Of a DNA stretch of 64,000 nt, positions 44,003 through 51,913 are shown piece after piece. Origin of the DNA: Candidatus Woesearchaeota archaeon (lineage in GTDB: Archaea > Nanobdellota > Nanobdellia > Woesearchaeales > GW2011-AR9); the NCBI GenBank assembly GCA_016179955.1, contig JACPCD010000005.1, positions 10,323 to 74,322 of the forward strand, written 5' to 3'. Numbering within the stretch: the stretch's first letter is position 1; each line of letters begins with the position of its first letter. Under the pieces are notes generated by a model that did not search any database, was not told the origin of the DNA, and saw nothing but the letters and a program-made list of their open reading frames with translations. The position numbers and the translations under genes were made by a program.

Positions 44003-44824
44003 TTTTTCTTGCTTCTCAAGGACTATTCTTCGTTGTAAAGCAAATACCATTGGGGCAGCAAAAATTAAAAATGAATCTATTGTATCAATTACTTTAAGTA
44101 TATTCCATGGGAGGTTAATGGTCTTTGCTTTGGCAGTCACTCCTCCCGATAAAGGGAAGATGCAGAATTCAGAAAATTTATGGTATTTTATAGAAAAAGC
44201 AGGAATATTCTTCTCAAAAGAAACCCGGTCATCAAAGAGGAGGTTGGGTACCGCATTGTTTCCTGACCATGGGTCGTCTTTATCATTACAAGGCTGATTA
44301 ATATTATAAGGGTCACGGTGAAATGACCACCCTTCATGTTTAAGTATCTTCAACATTAGTCTAGTCATTAGTGAACAGTTCATCTCTTGGATCAGCAGCC
44401 TTCCTCCCGGTTTCAGTATTCTCTCCATTTCTCTGAAGAAATTTATTGGATATGCAACATGGTGGATAGTATTACTGCAAAAAACAACATCCACGGAATT
44501 ACTTTTTATTTTGGTGTTAAGTGCATCGACTACCTGATCAACCCAGGGATGTTTTTCTATGTCAGATAATATCAATTGGGCATCTTTTCTAATGAAATCT
44601 CTGGAAAATCCTGCCCCACAGCCAACCTCTAATACTTTATCTCCGGGATTAATGTGTTTGTTCATCCAGGAATATCTTTTTTCAAGCAGGAACGTAAGAT
44701 TAGTCGGTTTATTCTTATAAAAATCTTCCCGGGCTGAGACCACATCGCCTTCTCTTTTTAGGCGGTTCTCGGCATGGGGGGGGAGATACTCTTTCCAAAA
44801 CCAGGGCTGTTTCATCTTTTTCAA
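43994..44824 (-). CDS. Class I SAM-dependent methyltransferase
   Basis: VLEVGCGAGFS (motif I), PGGRLLIQE. Confidence 0.7.
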   Translation of the reverse strand: MKKMKQPWFWKEYLPPHAENRLKREGDVVSAREDFYKNKPTNLTFLLEKRYSWMNKHINPGDKVLEVGCGAGFSRDFIRKDAQLILSDIEKHPWVDQVVDALNTKIKSNSVDVVFCSNTIHHVAYPINFFREMERILKPGGRLLIQEMNCSLMTRLMLKILKHEGWSFHRDPYNINQPCNDKDDPWSGNNAVPNLLFDDRVSFEKNIPAFSIKYHKFSEFCIFPLSGGVTAKAKTINLPWNILKVIDTIDSFLIFAAPMVFALQRRIVLEKQEKLI

Positions 44825-44832
44825 GTTTAATT

Positions 44833-45096
44833 TTATTTCACTAAATTCTCTCCAGTATCCAACTTTATTACTTTGATTGCAGCCACCGGGCAGACTCCTG
44901 CTGATTCCAAGGCTTTGGGAAGCAATTCTTCATCGATAATAACCTCTTGGAATTTTTCATTCTTATTTGCTGCAGGGAGTTTTAAGTCTGCTTTGTTGTT
45001 CTCTACATCAAATTGCCATATCTCTTCTCCGACAGCTACGCAGGAATAAGCACCAATGCAAGCTTCTCGGTCCAGTATGATCTTGTATTTTACCAT
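44833..45096 (-). CDS. Small ferredoxin-like Fe-S protein (divergent mono-cluster type)
   Basis: 87 aa. REACIGAYSC...GVCPVAAI cysteine pattern. Confidence 0.55.
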   Translation of the reverse strand: MVKYKIILDREACIGAYSCVAVGEEIWQFDVENNKADLKLPAANKNEKFQEVIIDEELLPKALESAGVCPVAAIKVIKLDTGENLVK

Positions 45097-45112
45097 GCGC
45101 GTCTTCTCTCCC

Positions 45113-45880
45113 CTATCTGTTTTTTACAGTCATTGAAGAGGCTTTTTTTTCTCCATACCTCTTTAATAAAACCATATAATTTATAAACTTATTAATGGTC
45201 TTTAATTTTGATAAATGGCTGAACGCCCACTTGGATTCCCCGTATTGCCGGTCGCGGTAATCAACCGGGATGTTTATAATATTAATCTTTTCTTTTTTTG
45301 CTTTATACAATACGTAAAAATCTAAATTAAAATCGTGGGGAAGATAAACCAATTTATTCAAGAATTCCCGGTGAAATACTTTTGGCTGACCATTTATGTC
45401 TGGATATATTTTCCAGAAAATGGCGGTGGCCAGGATATGGAAGCAAGTTGTCAGTATTTTTGGGATTACCTTCCTCTCTCTTCTCCTTCCTTTTACTAAA
45501 TGGCTTTGTGGACTGCTTTGGGTGGCTAGTTTATGGTACCCGTCTATTACATCCAGGGGGTCACACTGCATATCGGCATGCGAGTACGCAATTATATCCG
45601 CTGAACTTTCTTTCAAACCACTAATTATTCCGAACCCATATCCAACATTTCTCTGCACTTTAATTGATTTAGCAAATGAATATTCTGGCTTTTGTAGTTC
45701 TTCCAGTAAAATATCGGCAGTATCATCTGTAGAACCATTATCGACCATGATTAATTCTAACTTCAAATCCCCTTTGACTTGCCTAAATCTCTCTAAAGTT
45801 AACTGAACATTTGGCCCTTCATTGTAACAGGGAATAACTACTGAAAGTTGTGCTTTTTCTTTAATATTTTTTTTAATCAT
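45113..45880 (-). CDS. GT2 glycosyltransferase
   Basis: LSVVIPCYNEGPN...MVDNGSTDDT...SHADMQCDP. Confidence 0.8.
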   Translation of the reverse strand: MIKKNIKEKAQLSVVIPCYNEGPNVQLTLERFRQVKGDLKLELIMVDNGSTDDTADILLEELQKPEYSFAKSIKVQRNVGYGFGIISGLKESSADIIAYSHADMQCDPLDVIDGYHKLATQSSPQSHLVKGRRRERKVIPKILTTCFHILATAIFWKIYPDINGQPKVFHREFLNKLVYLPHDFNLDFYVLYKAKKEKINIINIPVDYRDRQYGESKWAFSHLSKLKTINKFINYMVLLKRYGEKKASSMTVKNR

Positions 45881-45946
45881 TTTCCCTTTACTAATAATTT
45901 CACCTAAAACTTTTTTTATATTTTCTTTTTAATTTAGTCTATCTAC

Positions 45947-46705
45947 TCATTTTCTCCGTGAAGTTTCCTCCAATTCAAATTCTTTTAATTCATCCGGGGT
46001 TCCCCAGCAGATCCATCGTTCAACATCAAAGATAACGGAACGCTTGTTCAACTTGCGCAGGAAAATGGGCACGGCATCAACATAAAACTCATTTTTAATG
46101 CGATGATTTTCTGTAATCATCAGGTTAACGGCATCAAAGAAATCTTTCGCCTTTTTGAAATAAAATGTGGCCACCACGGCATGGTCATAATAGGGGTCTT
46201 TTGAGATGGGGATCTTTACTGACATATCTTTAATTGTCATTCCGTCTTCATCTAACCTGGCCCATCCATAGGCGTGTGGGTTTCGCCGCATCTTTTCCAT
46301 CTGGGTGAAGGTCCACAATACGCAATCAATAGAAGGGTCCGTCATCAGTTTCTCATATTTTTTCTTGTCATAAACATACCCATTGTCACAGGCAGCAATA
46401 AACAAAGGCTCGTCAGGAAGCACATATCCCTGAGCGAGAAGGCAGGTATTAGCCTGTCCTAATGTGGTGGTGTTTACGGCGATGATTATGGCCGGTGGTA
46501 TTTCGTTTTTAATGACTTCATCCAGATGGTGCTGCTGGATATGCTCTTGTCGGACAATAAAAATCCATTTGTCGCTTTGGGGCATGCTCCGAATGGCCCG
46601 GATGATCATTGGTACGCCCAAGACCGGGATTAATGGTTTGGGGGTCGAGTAGCCTTGCTCTGAGAATCGTGAGCCTAGTCCGGCCATGGGAATAATATTT
46701 GCCAT
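45947..46705 (-). CDS. Sugar-phosphate nucleotidyltransferase-fold protein
   Basis: MANIIPMAGLGSRF...PKPLIPV (G-x-G-x-R signature) and C-terminal WGTPDEL. Confidence 0.65.
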   Translation of the reverse strand: MANIIPMAGLGSRFSEQGYSTPKPLIPVLGVPMIIRAIRSMPQSDKWIFIVRQEHIQQHHLDEVIKNEIPPAIIIAVNTTTLGQANTCLLAQGYVLPDEPLFIAACDNGYVYDKKKYEKLMTDPSIDCVLWTFTQMEKMRRNPHAYGWARLDEDGMTIKDMSVKIPISKDPYYDHAVVATFYFKKAKDFFDAVNLMITENHRIKNEFYVDAVPIFLRKLNKRSVIFDVERWICWGTPDELKEFELEETSRRK

Positions 46706-46745
46706 TTTTAATTAAGTGCTTTATTTATTTCTATTTTTTGTTCGT

Positions 46746-48332
46746 TCAATGCACCATCTTGCTATAGGGATGATACGGCAGCTTGTCAAAATAATCCTGC
46801 CAGTAGATGAACTCCTGATAATCTGTGGTGGAATTAAGAGACACAAACTTGTCCACCTCGAATGGGACCACTTTCTTGCCTTCCTGAATAAGGCGGTTAA
46901 TAGCCGTGGTAAAATAGCTCTGCTTATGGGGGTCCAGCGAAATCAGCTGCTGTATAGAATCAAAAAGATCATTTGCTTTTCTATAAATTACTGTTCCCAC
47001 GACCGCATGATCTTTATAAGGATTTTCAGAGATAACTTCTTTTTCTGAAATAAATTCTGCTTTCCCATCGTGGAGTTTTACATACCCATACTTAGGATTC
47101 CGAAGAATATATTCGTGGTGGGTAAGAGTAAAGACAATAACATCCACTGAAATGTCATCAAAGAGGTGTGATAATCTCCTCTCATCGTATCGAAGAATGT
47201 AATTATTTCCCGATACACATACTGGCGAATCCTGGTTAATGCTGTCCCTGCATTTTAAGATTGTTTCTGCGTTACCGCCAGTTTTTTCTGGAAGATAAAT
47301 AATCTCGGTGTTTTGAAAAATGCTTTTTATCATAGGGTCAATATTGTACTGTGTTTTATGGTCTTCCAGACAGAGAAATATGTTCTTAATGCCCCGGGGG
47401 TGCGAATTAACCGTAGAAAAAAGCAAAGGCTTGTTAAGGAGAGGAATGAGATAATTCGGCTTTTCTATACCTAGGGAACCAAAAGACTTCTCTCCACCAG
47501 CTAAAGGAAAAATATTGGTCGTCTTTATGTTCACATTGTTGAACCCCACGATTGATCCGGAACAGGAAAAGAAAAATTCAGACCAAAACTTATAAATTTC
47601 ATAATCTCTGGGGGTGCCCCAACAAATAAATTTCTCGACTTCGTAATTCAATACTTTTCTTCCTTCTTGCATCATCAATATATACGGCAAAGTAGCATAG
47701 GCTTCCCCCCTGACACTTATTTTCTGTTCTATGATCCTCTGGCAGTAATGCTTAAAAAGTAGACCGGTCTTGAAATAATAGGTGCCGGTCGACGCATAAT
47801 CCTGTTTTCTATCTTCCGAGAAAGATTCTTTTTCCCGAAGACCGGTTACATACCCTGCCCCGCTAACCTCCATATATGCATAATAAGTATTTCCAAGAGA
47901 CGCGGGGTGAAATCCTTTAAATGACGGTATGGCCCCATCACAGGGAATTGATTGTACTTTATGGAGAAAGTCTCTATAATCCCATTTCATCGTAAAATCA
48001 CAATAATTAACGATCACTCCCTCATCATCTTTGATATCATCGAATGCGAAAAAACAGGTGTAGACCGGCCCCCCTTCGATTTGGTCATAATTGACCGGTA
48101 TTATTTTGAATTTAGGGGTTAAATTACCCAGTATTTGTCTTAGATTTGTTGTTTGGAGATGTTCTTCATTACAAATGAATAGGAATTCATCCTGGGGCGA
48201 GAATAAATTCACCACATGTTCAATCATCGGCTTGCCGTCAATCTCCAGCAGAGGTTTCGGTCCATGAAATGAAACTTCATTGTACCTTTTTCCCTTTCCA
48301 CCCATAGGGATGATTATTTTCATGGTAACCAC
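46746..48332 (-). CDS. Tandem (duplicated) nucleotidyltransferase-fold protein
   Basis: First half IIIPMGGKGKRY...PKPLLEI...CWGTPRDYE. Second half IFPLAGGEKSFGS...KPNYLIPL. Both halves resemble the 45947 gene product. Confidence 0.6.
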   Translation of the reverse strand: MVTMKIIIPMGGKGKRYNEVSFHGPKPLLEIDGKPMIEHVVNLFSPQDEFLFICNEEHLQTTNLRQILGNLTPKFKIIPVNYDQIEGGPVYTCFFAFDDIKDDEGVIVNYCDFTMKWDYRDFLHKVQSIPCDGAIPSFKGFHPASLGNTYYAYMEVSGAGYVTGLREKESFSEDRKQDYASTGTYYFKTGLLFKHYCQRIIEQKISVRGEAYATLPYILMMQEGRKVLNYEVEKFICWGTPRDYEIYKFWSEFFFSCSGSIVGFNNVNIKTTNIFPLAGGEKSFGSLGIEKPNYLIPLLNKPLLFSTVNSHPRGIKNIFLCLEDHKTQYNIDPMIKSIFQNTEIIYLPEKTGGNAETILKCRDSINQDSPVCVSGNNYILRYDERRLSHLFDDISVDVIVFTLTHHEYILRNPKYGYVKLHDGKAEFISEKEVISENPYKDHAVVGTVIYRKANDLFDSIQQLISLDPHKQSYFTTAINRLIQEGKKVVPFEVDKFVSLNSTTDYQEFIYWQDYFDKLPYHPYSKMVH

Positions 48333-48934
48333 GCTTCCGGTCTTTTGGTTAAGACGGCATCCAGGATAATTTCTCGTCGCTTTAAAGTATTTTGATAGGC
48401 TTTTATTTTATCTTCTCTTCCGAGCAACTCTGGAGAAACCAGGCAAAGCTTATATCCTTGTGATTTTAAAAATGAGTAGGTTCTTTTATCTAAAGGAAGT
48501 TCCGTTATTTCTTTCTTCTTCCCCATCACATCAATGAATATCCAGGGGATTTGTCCCGGGAAAGCTCGGCCATATTTTATACCTGTTTTAATAGATTCAA
48601 AAGTAGAAAAGCGAGCAGAAAGGTTCTGCACCCCTTCTTTAGCTAATTTGGTCAAAAAAGGGGGAGTAACGTCTAACAGAAAATAATCCGTAAAGTGGTG
48701 CTTTTTCATCAATTCTATCACATATTTTTCAATTCCTTCGCTTTTAATATCCAGAATGAGAAAAGCATGATGATAATGTTTCAGCCATTCTTCAAAATCG
48801 GTTCCTGGGACAAAGGGGTCATGGTGAAGTATGATTCGATTGCCTTCCGGCCGGAGGTCAATTTCGACTCCGAACTCAGGCGGGGTCTGTTTGAGTTCTT
48901 CTACCGTATTAACGCGGTGTTTAATGATGAGCAT
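48320..48934 (-). CDS. GDPD-like (glycerophosphodiester phosphodiesterase fold) protein, tentative
   Basis: MLIIKHRVNT...GVEIDLR...IILHHDPF resembles the GDPD N-terminal His/Glu/Asp motifs. The track start at 49003 is a TTG, so ATG 48934 is used. Confidence 0.4.
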   Translation of the reverse strand: MLIIKHRVNTVEELKQTPPEFGVEIDLRPEGNRIILHHDPFVPGTDFEEWLKHYHHAFLILDIKSEGIEKYVIELMKKHHFTDYFLLDVTPPFLTKLAKEGVQNLSARFSTFESIKTGIKYGRAFPGQIPWIFIDVMGKKKEITELPLDKRTYSFLKSQGYKLCLVSPELLGREDKIKAYQNTLKRREIILDAVLTKRPEAWLP

Positions 48935-49021
48935 TCTTATCCCCTCTTTTTCTGCCCTCTCCTTTCTGCTAATTCTTCTCTGGGGAGAAGTTGAATAAAC
49001 CAATTGGTCATTTTTGTCATT

Positions 49022-49702
49022 TTATTTTTTCTCCAATGATGTAACCATCAAATCCCTCTGTTTCAGGATCTCTAGGTTGTTGTTGAACCCTTCCTGATTA
49101 AAGAGCCCGGCGCTGCCGCCAACGAAAACATGGACACCTCGCTCTGCAAGTTGTGGCAAGGTCTTTTCATTGATTGCCCCGTCAGCAACCAGCTTTAAAG
49201 AATCATTTTTTCCGCAGCGGAATTCCCGTAACTGGTCAATCTTATGAAGCACGGCATGCTCAAATTTTTGTCCAGCAAACCCTGGCTGTACAGTCATAAA
49301 CATCAAGTAATCAATCTGTCCGATATAAGGATAGATTCTTTCGAGTGAAGTCTCCGGATTGATAACCAAACCGGCTTCTAATCCTTCCCGTTTGATCAGC
49401 TCAATGACATAGTGGGGGTCTTCTGCCGCCTCGATATGGAAATAAATAATATTCACCCCGGCATCCTTAAGGCGAGAAATAAACTTTGATGGCCGCCGCA
49501 CCATCAGGTGGGCATCAAATTTCTTATGGGTAACACTTCGCAATTCTTTAATAAGATCTATATTTAATGCGATATTTTCAACAAAATCACCGTCCATGAT
49601 ATCAAAATGGAACATATCTATCCCCGCGTTGAGCAGGGAACGGACATCCCGATAAAGATAAAGCTGGCTTGCGCACATCAAGGAAGCAGTAATGATAATC
49701 AT
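49022..49702 (-). CDS. rpe: Ribulose-phosphate 3-epimerase family
   Basis: FHFDIMDGDFVENI, HLMV, and MTVQPGFAGQKF motifs. Confidence 0.8.
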   Translation of the reverse strand: MIIITASLMCASQLYLYRDVRSLLNAGIDMFHFDIMDGDFVENIALNIDLIKELRSVTHKKFDAHLMVRRPSKFISRLKDAGVNIIYFHIEAAEDPHYVIELIKREGLEAGLVINPETSLERIYPYIGQIDYLMFMTVQPGFAGQKFEHAVLHKIDQLREFRCGKNDSLKLVADGAINEKTLPQLAERGVHVFVGGSAGLFNQEGFNNNLEILKQRDLMVTSLEKK

Positions 49703-49724
49703 ATTCCTATTTGCTGATATACAG

Positions 49725-49732
49725 TATAAATA
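49725..49732 (-). promoter_or_regulatory. TATA-like TATAAATA for the rpe-led minus-strand operon
   Basis: Centre is 26.5 nt from ATG 49702. A degenerate decamer-like TTATGGAATT follows at 49735-49744. Confidence 0.5.
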
Positions 49733-49791
49733 CCTTATGGAATTATAAAGAATTTGCTTATGTGCTGCCTAAGATGGGTTTGGGTTCTGTA

Positions 49792-49956
49792 GGCTCTGTC
49801 CTAAATCTCGCTGACGCTCGGGTTAGTGGATTCAAAGCTTTGTTGTTGCTTCTTTAAGGCTGACGTTCCCCGGATGGGACAACCCCCTTGTCAGCAGGAT
49901 ATTCTGGTTGGATAAGCTTTGACCTGATGCCACTAACCTACATTTAGGACAGAGCC
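49792..49956. repeat. 165-bp GC-richer nested inverted repeat (rod-like); candidate MITE or structured RNA
   Basis: Perfect 15-nt terminal arms GGCTCTGTCCTAAAT (49792-49806) / ATTTAGGACAGAGCC (49942-49956). Inner stems at 49821-49829/49930-49938 (GGTTAGTGG/CCACTAACC), 49832-49840/49914-49922 and 49859-49864/49890-49895. Confidence 0.55.
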
Positions 49957-50294
49957 GTTTCTGCACTTAATTCTGAGTCCTGGCAGTATTTAAAGTTATA
50001 GTGTAAAGCAATAGATGCCTTTTGAAGTTCTTTTCCAAGATAAGCAGCATGATCCAATAATGACACCCACCCTTCATCAATAATTTTATACATAATCTCT
50101 TCAGGGGTCTTTCCTTTTATGATTCTGATTAACTTGTGCTCATTAGTACAATGTCCTACTTCTATCATCTGCTGCTCCGGGTTAATGCGTATTAAGAAAT
50201 AACCGGCCGGGTCCAGAACCCATTTCTGCCGAAACCCGTCAGCATCTATCGCTTCTTTGATCTCTTCTTTGATTTCCCACCATTTTCCTTTCAT
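49944..50294 (-). CDS. Small protein, DUF4346-like (tentative)
   Basis: LDPAGYFLIRI...IEVGH...LLDHAAYLGKELQKA resembles DUF4346 as I recall it. Start moved to Met7 (ATG 50294), 26.5 nt from the TATA centre. The last 4 codons and the stop lie inside the right arm of the inverted repeat. Confidence 0.4.
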   Translation of the reverse strand: MKGKWWEIKEEIKEAIDADGFRQKWVLDPAGYFLIRINPEQQMIEVGHCTNEHKLIRIIKGKTPEEIMYKIIDEGWVSLLDHAAYLGKELQKASIALHYNFKYCQDSELSAETALS

Positions 50295-50316
50295 TCCATA
50301 AATTTGGGTCATAATA

Positions 50317-50336
50317 TTTATAAATATTCTGGAACA
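50317..50336. promoter_or_regulatory. Palindromic TATA box TTTATAAA (within ATATTTATAAATAT) serving both directions, + 2 nt + decamer TTCTGGAACA
   Basis: TATA centre is 28.5 nt from ATG 50349 (+) and 26.5 nt from ATG 50294 (-). Confidence 0.55.
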
Positions 50337-50348
50337 TTTAACACTTAT

Positions 50349-51902
50349 ATGGCAGATATTATACTTTTACAGCCAAAGTGTGGCGTATGGGATATTATGG
50401 GGGTTCGGGCCCCCACCGGCTTGCTGGCTGTTGGCGCAGTTCCAGTTAACGATGGGTATGCCGTCGTTCTTATTGACCAAAGGGTCAATTTTAATTGGGA
50501 AAATGAAGTAAAGAAGCAGATCCTGGCCGGAGCCAAAATTGTTTGCTTAACCACCATGGTTGGAGAGCAGATTATTCTGATGATGCATGCGTCAAAATTC
50601 GTGAAGTCACTAAATCCCGGCATTATCACGGTCCTTGGAGGAAGCTGGGCGCAAATACAGCCAGAAATGTGCATGCAGGATGATAATATTGATATTGTTT
50701 GTTATGGGGAAGGAGACCATCTTCTTTCCGATATTATGGCTTACTGCGCAGGGGAGAAAAAAATTGAACAAGTGCCGGGCATATTCTATAGAACGCCCGA
50801 TGGCGAAATAAGAAAGACAACACCTCGTCCATCCATTAAGAACCTTGATGAGCTCCCCCCTATACCTTATCATCTTATTAACCTCAAAAATTATGCTGCA
50901 GTCGGTTTTCGCCCCCATTATCCCTCAATGGCTCTGGTGACCAGCCGTGGATGCCAGTTCCGATGTACTTTTTGCAATATCGTTACACTCTCCAAGTCCA
51001 CAAATGAATTCGGAGAGATGCTCTCTAACCAGTGGCGGGGATATTCTGTCAAGCGTTTAATGGCTGATTTAGAGCATTTAGAAAAAACCTATGGGATTAA
51101 AGACTTTTACTTCCAGGATGATTTAATTAGCGGTAGCCATAACCGTTTTGTAGAATTTGTCAAAACCATCGCAGAATCAGGGAAAGATTACAATTGGGGA
51201 ACCGCTGGCATTCGGGGGGACCATATCCTCAGGTTAGATGACCAAACAATGGAAAATTTAGTAAAAAGTGGCTGCAGAAACTTAGACGTGGGGGTCGAAT
51301 CGGGAAATCCCCGTATGCTTAAATTAATGAAGAAGGACACCACTTTAGAGGTAATCCGGAAAGTCAACCAAAAGATGAGCAAGTACCCCATCATTATTAA
51401 ATATACTTTTATGGGGGGGTTTCCAACGGAAACGGAGGAGGAGTTTTTGGACACTATGAAATTTAGAAGAATCCTTCAAGAGGAGAATGAATATGCGGTG
51501 GCGCCTATCTTTTTCTATACCCCTTATCCAGGAACAGAAATGTTTCAGTTGGCGATAGATCAAGGATTTGTTCCTCCCCAAACCTTGCAGGAATGGGCTG
51601 ACTTTAATTATAACACCTGGTATTTAAAATACCCTTGTTGGTTAACCGCCCAAAAAATCCGCTTAGTTGAGAATGCCGTATTTTTATCCTATTTCTCTGA
51701 TAAAAAGATGGGATACAAATATCCTAACCCTTTGCTCCGGAGGCTGTTCCTGATGTATTATCCTTTTGCCAGATTTCGCTACCGCCATGATTTTTATAGG
51801 TTTATGGCGGAAAAGTACCTGGCAAAAGCCTTATCTCATTTAAATTCAAAGACAGATTTATTTAATCGTATACAGAAAAGATCCACTAACACTGCTCCCT
51901 AA
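50349..51902 (+). CDS. B12-binding-domain radical SAM enzyme (class B type)
   Basis: N-terminal Rossmann-like B12-binding region (ILLQPK..., VCLTTMVGEQ, VLGGSW). Radical SAM CQFRCTFC (C-x3-C-x2-C). The track start at 50304 would overlap the divergent gene; ATG 50349 (MADIILLQ...) fits the TATA spacing. Confidence 0.8.
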   Translation: MADIILLQPKCGVWDIMGVRAPTGLLAVGAVPVNDGYAVVLIDQRVNFNWENEVKKQILAGAKIVCLTTMVGEQIILMMHASKFVKSLNPGIITVLGGSWAQIQPEMCMQDDNIDIVCYGEGDHLLSDIMAYCAGEKKIEQVPGIFYRTPDGEIRKTTPRPSIKNLDELPPIPYHLINLKNYAAVGFRPHYPSMALVTSRGCQFRCTFCNIVTLSKSTNEFGEMLSNQWRGYSVKRLMADLEHLEKTYGIKDFYFQDDLISGSHNRFVEFVKTIAESGKDYNWGTAGIRGDHILRLDDQTMENLVKSGCRNLDVGVESGNPRMLKLMKKDTTLEVIRKVNQKMSKYPIIIKYTFMGGFPTETEEEFLDTMKFRRILQEENEYAVAPIFFYTPYPGTEMFQLAIDQGFVPPQTLQEWADFNYNTWYLKYPCWLTAQKIRLVENAVFLSYFSDKKMGYKYPNPLLRRLFLMYYPFARFRYRHDFYRFMAEKYLAKALSHLNSKTDLFNRIQKRSTNTAP

Positions 51903-51913
51903 AAGGCAGCTCT

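Noticed and set aside
49703-49943. Possible cobalamin riboswitch upstream of the B12-radical SAM gene
   Set aside because: I could find no B12-box-like consensus. The region is separated from the rSAM gene by a whole divergent ORF and lies on the wrong side of its promoter.
49792-49956. C/D-box sRNA or tRNA-like element within the inverted repeat
   Set aside because: The only C-box-like (TGATGC) and D-box-like (CTGA) strings are in the wrong order for either strand. There is no T-loop/GTTCGAATC-type motif or cloverleaf.
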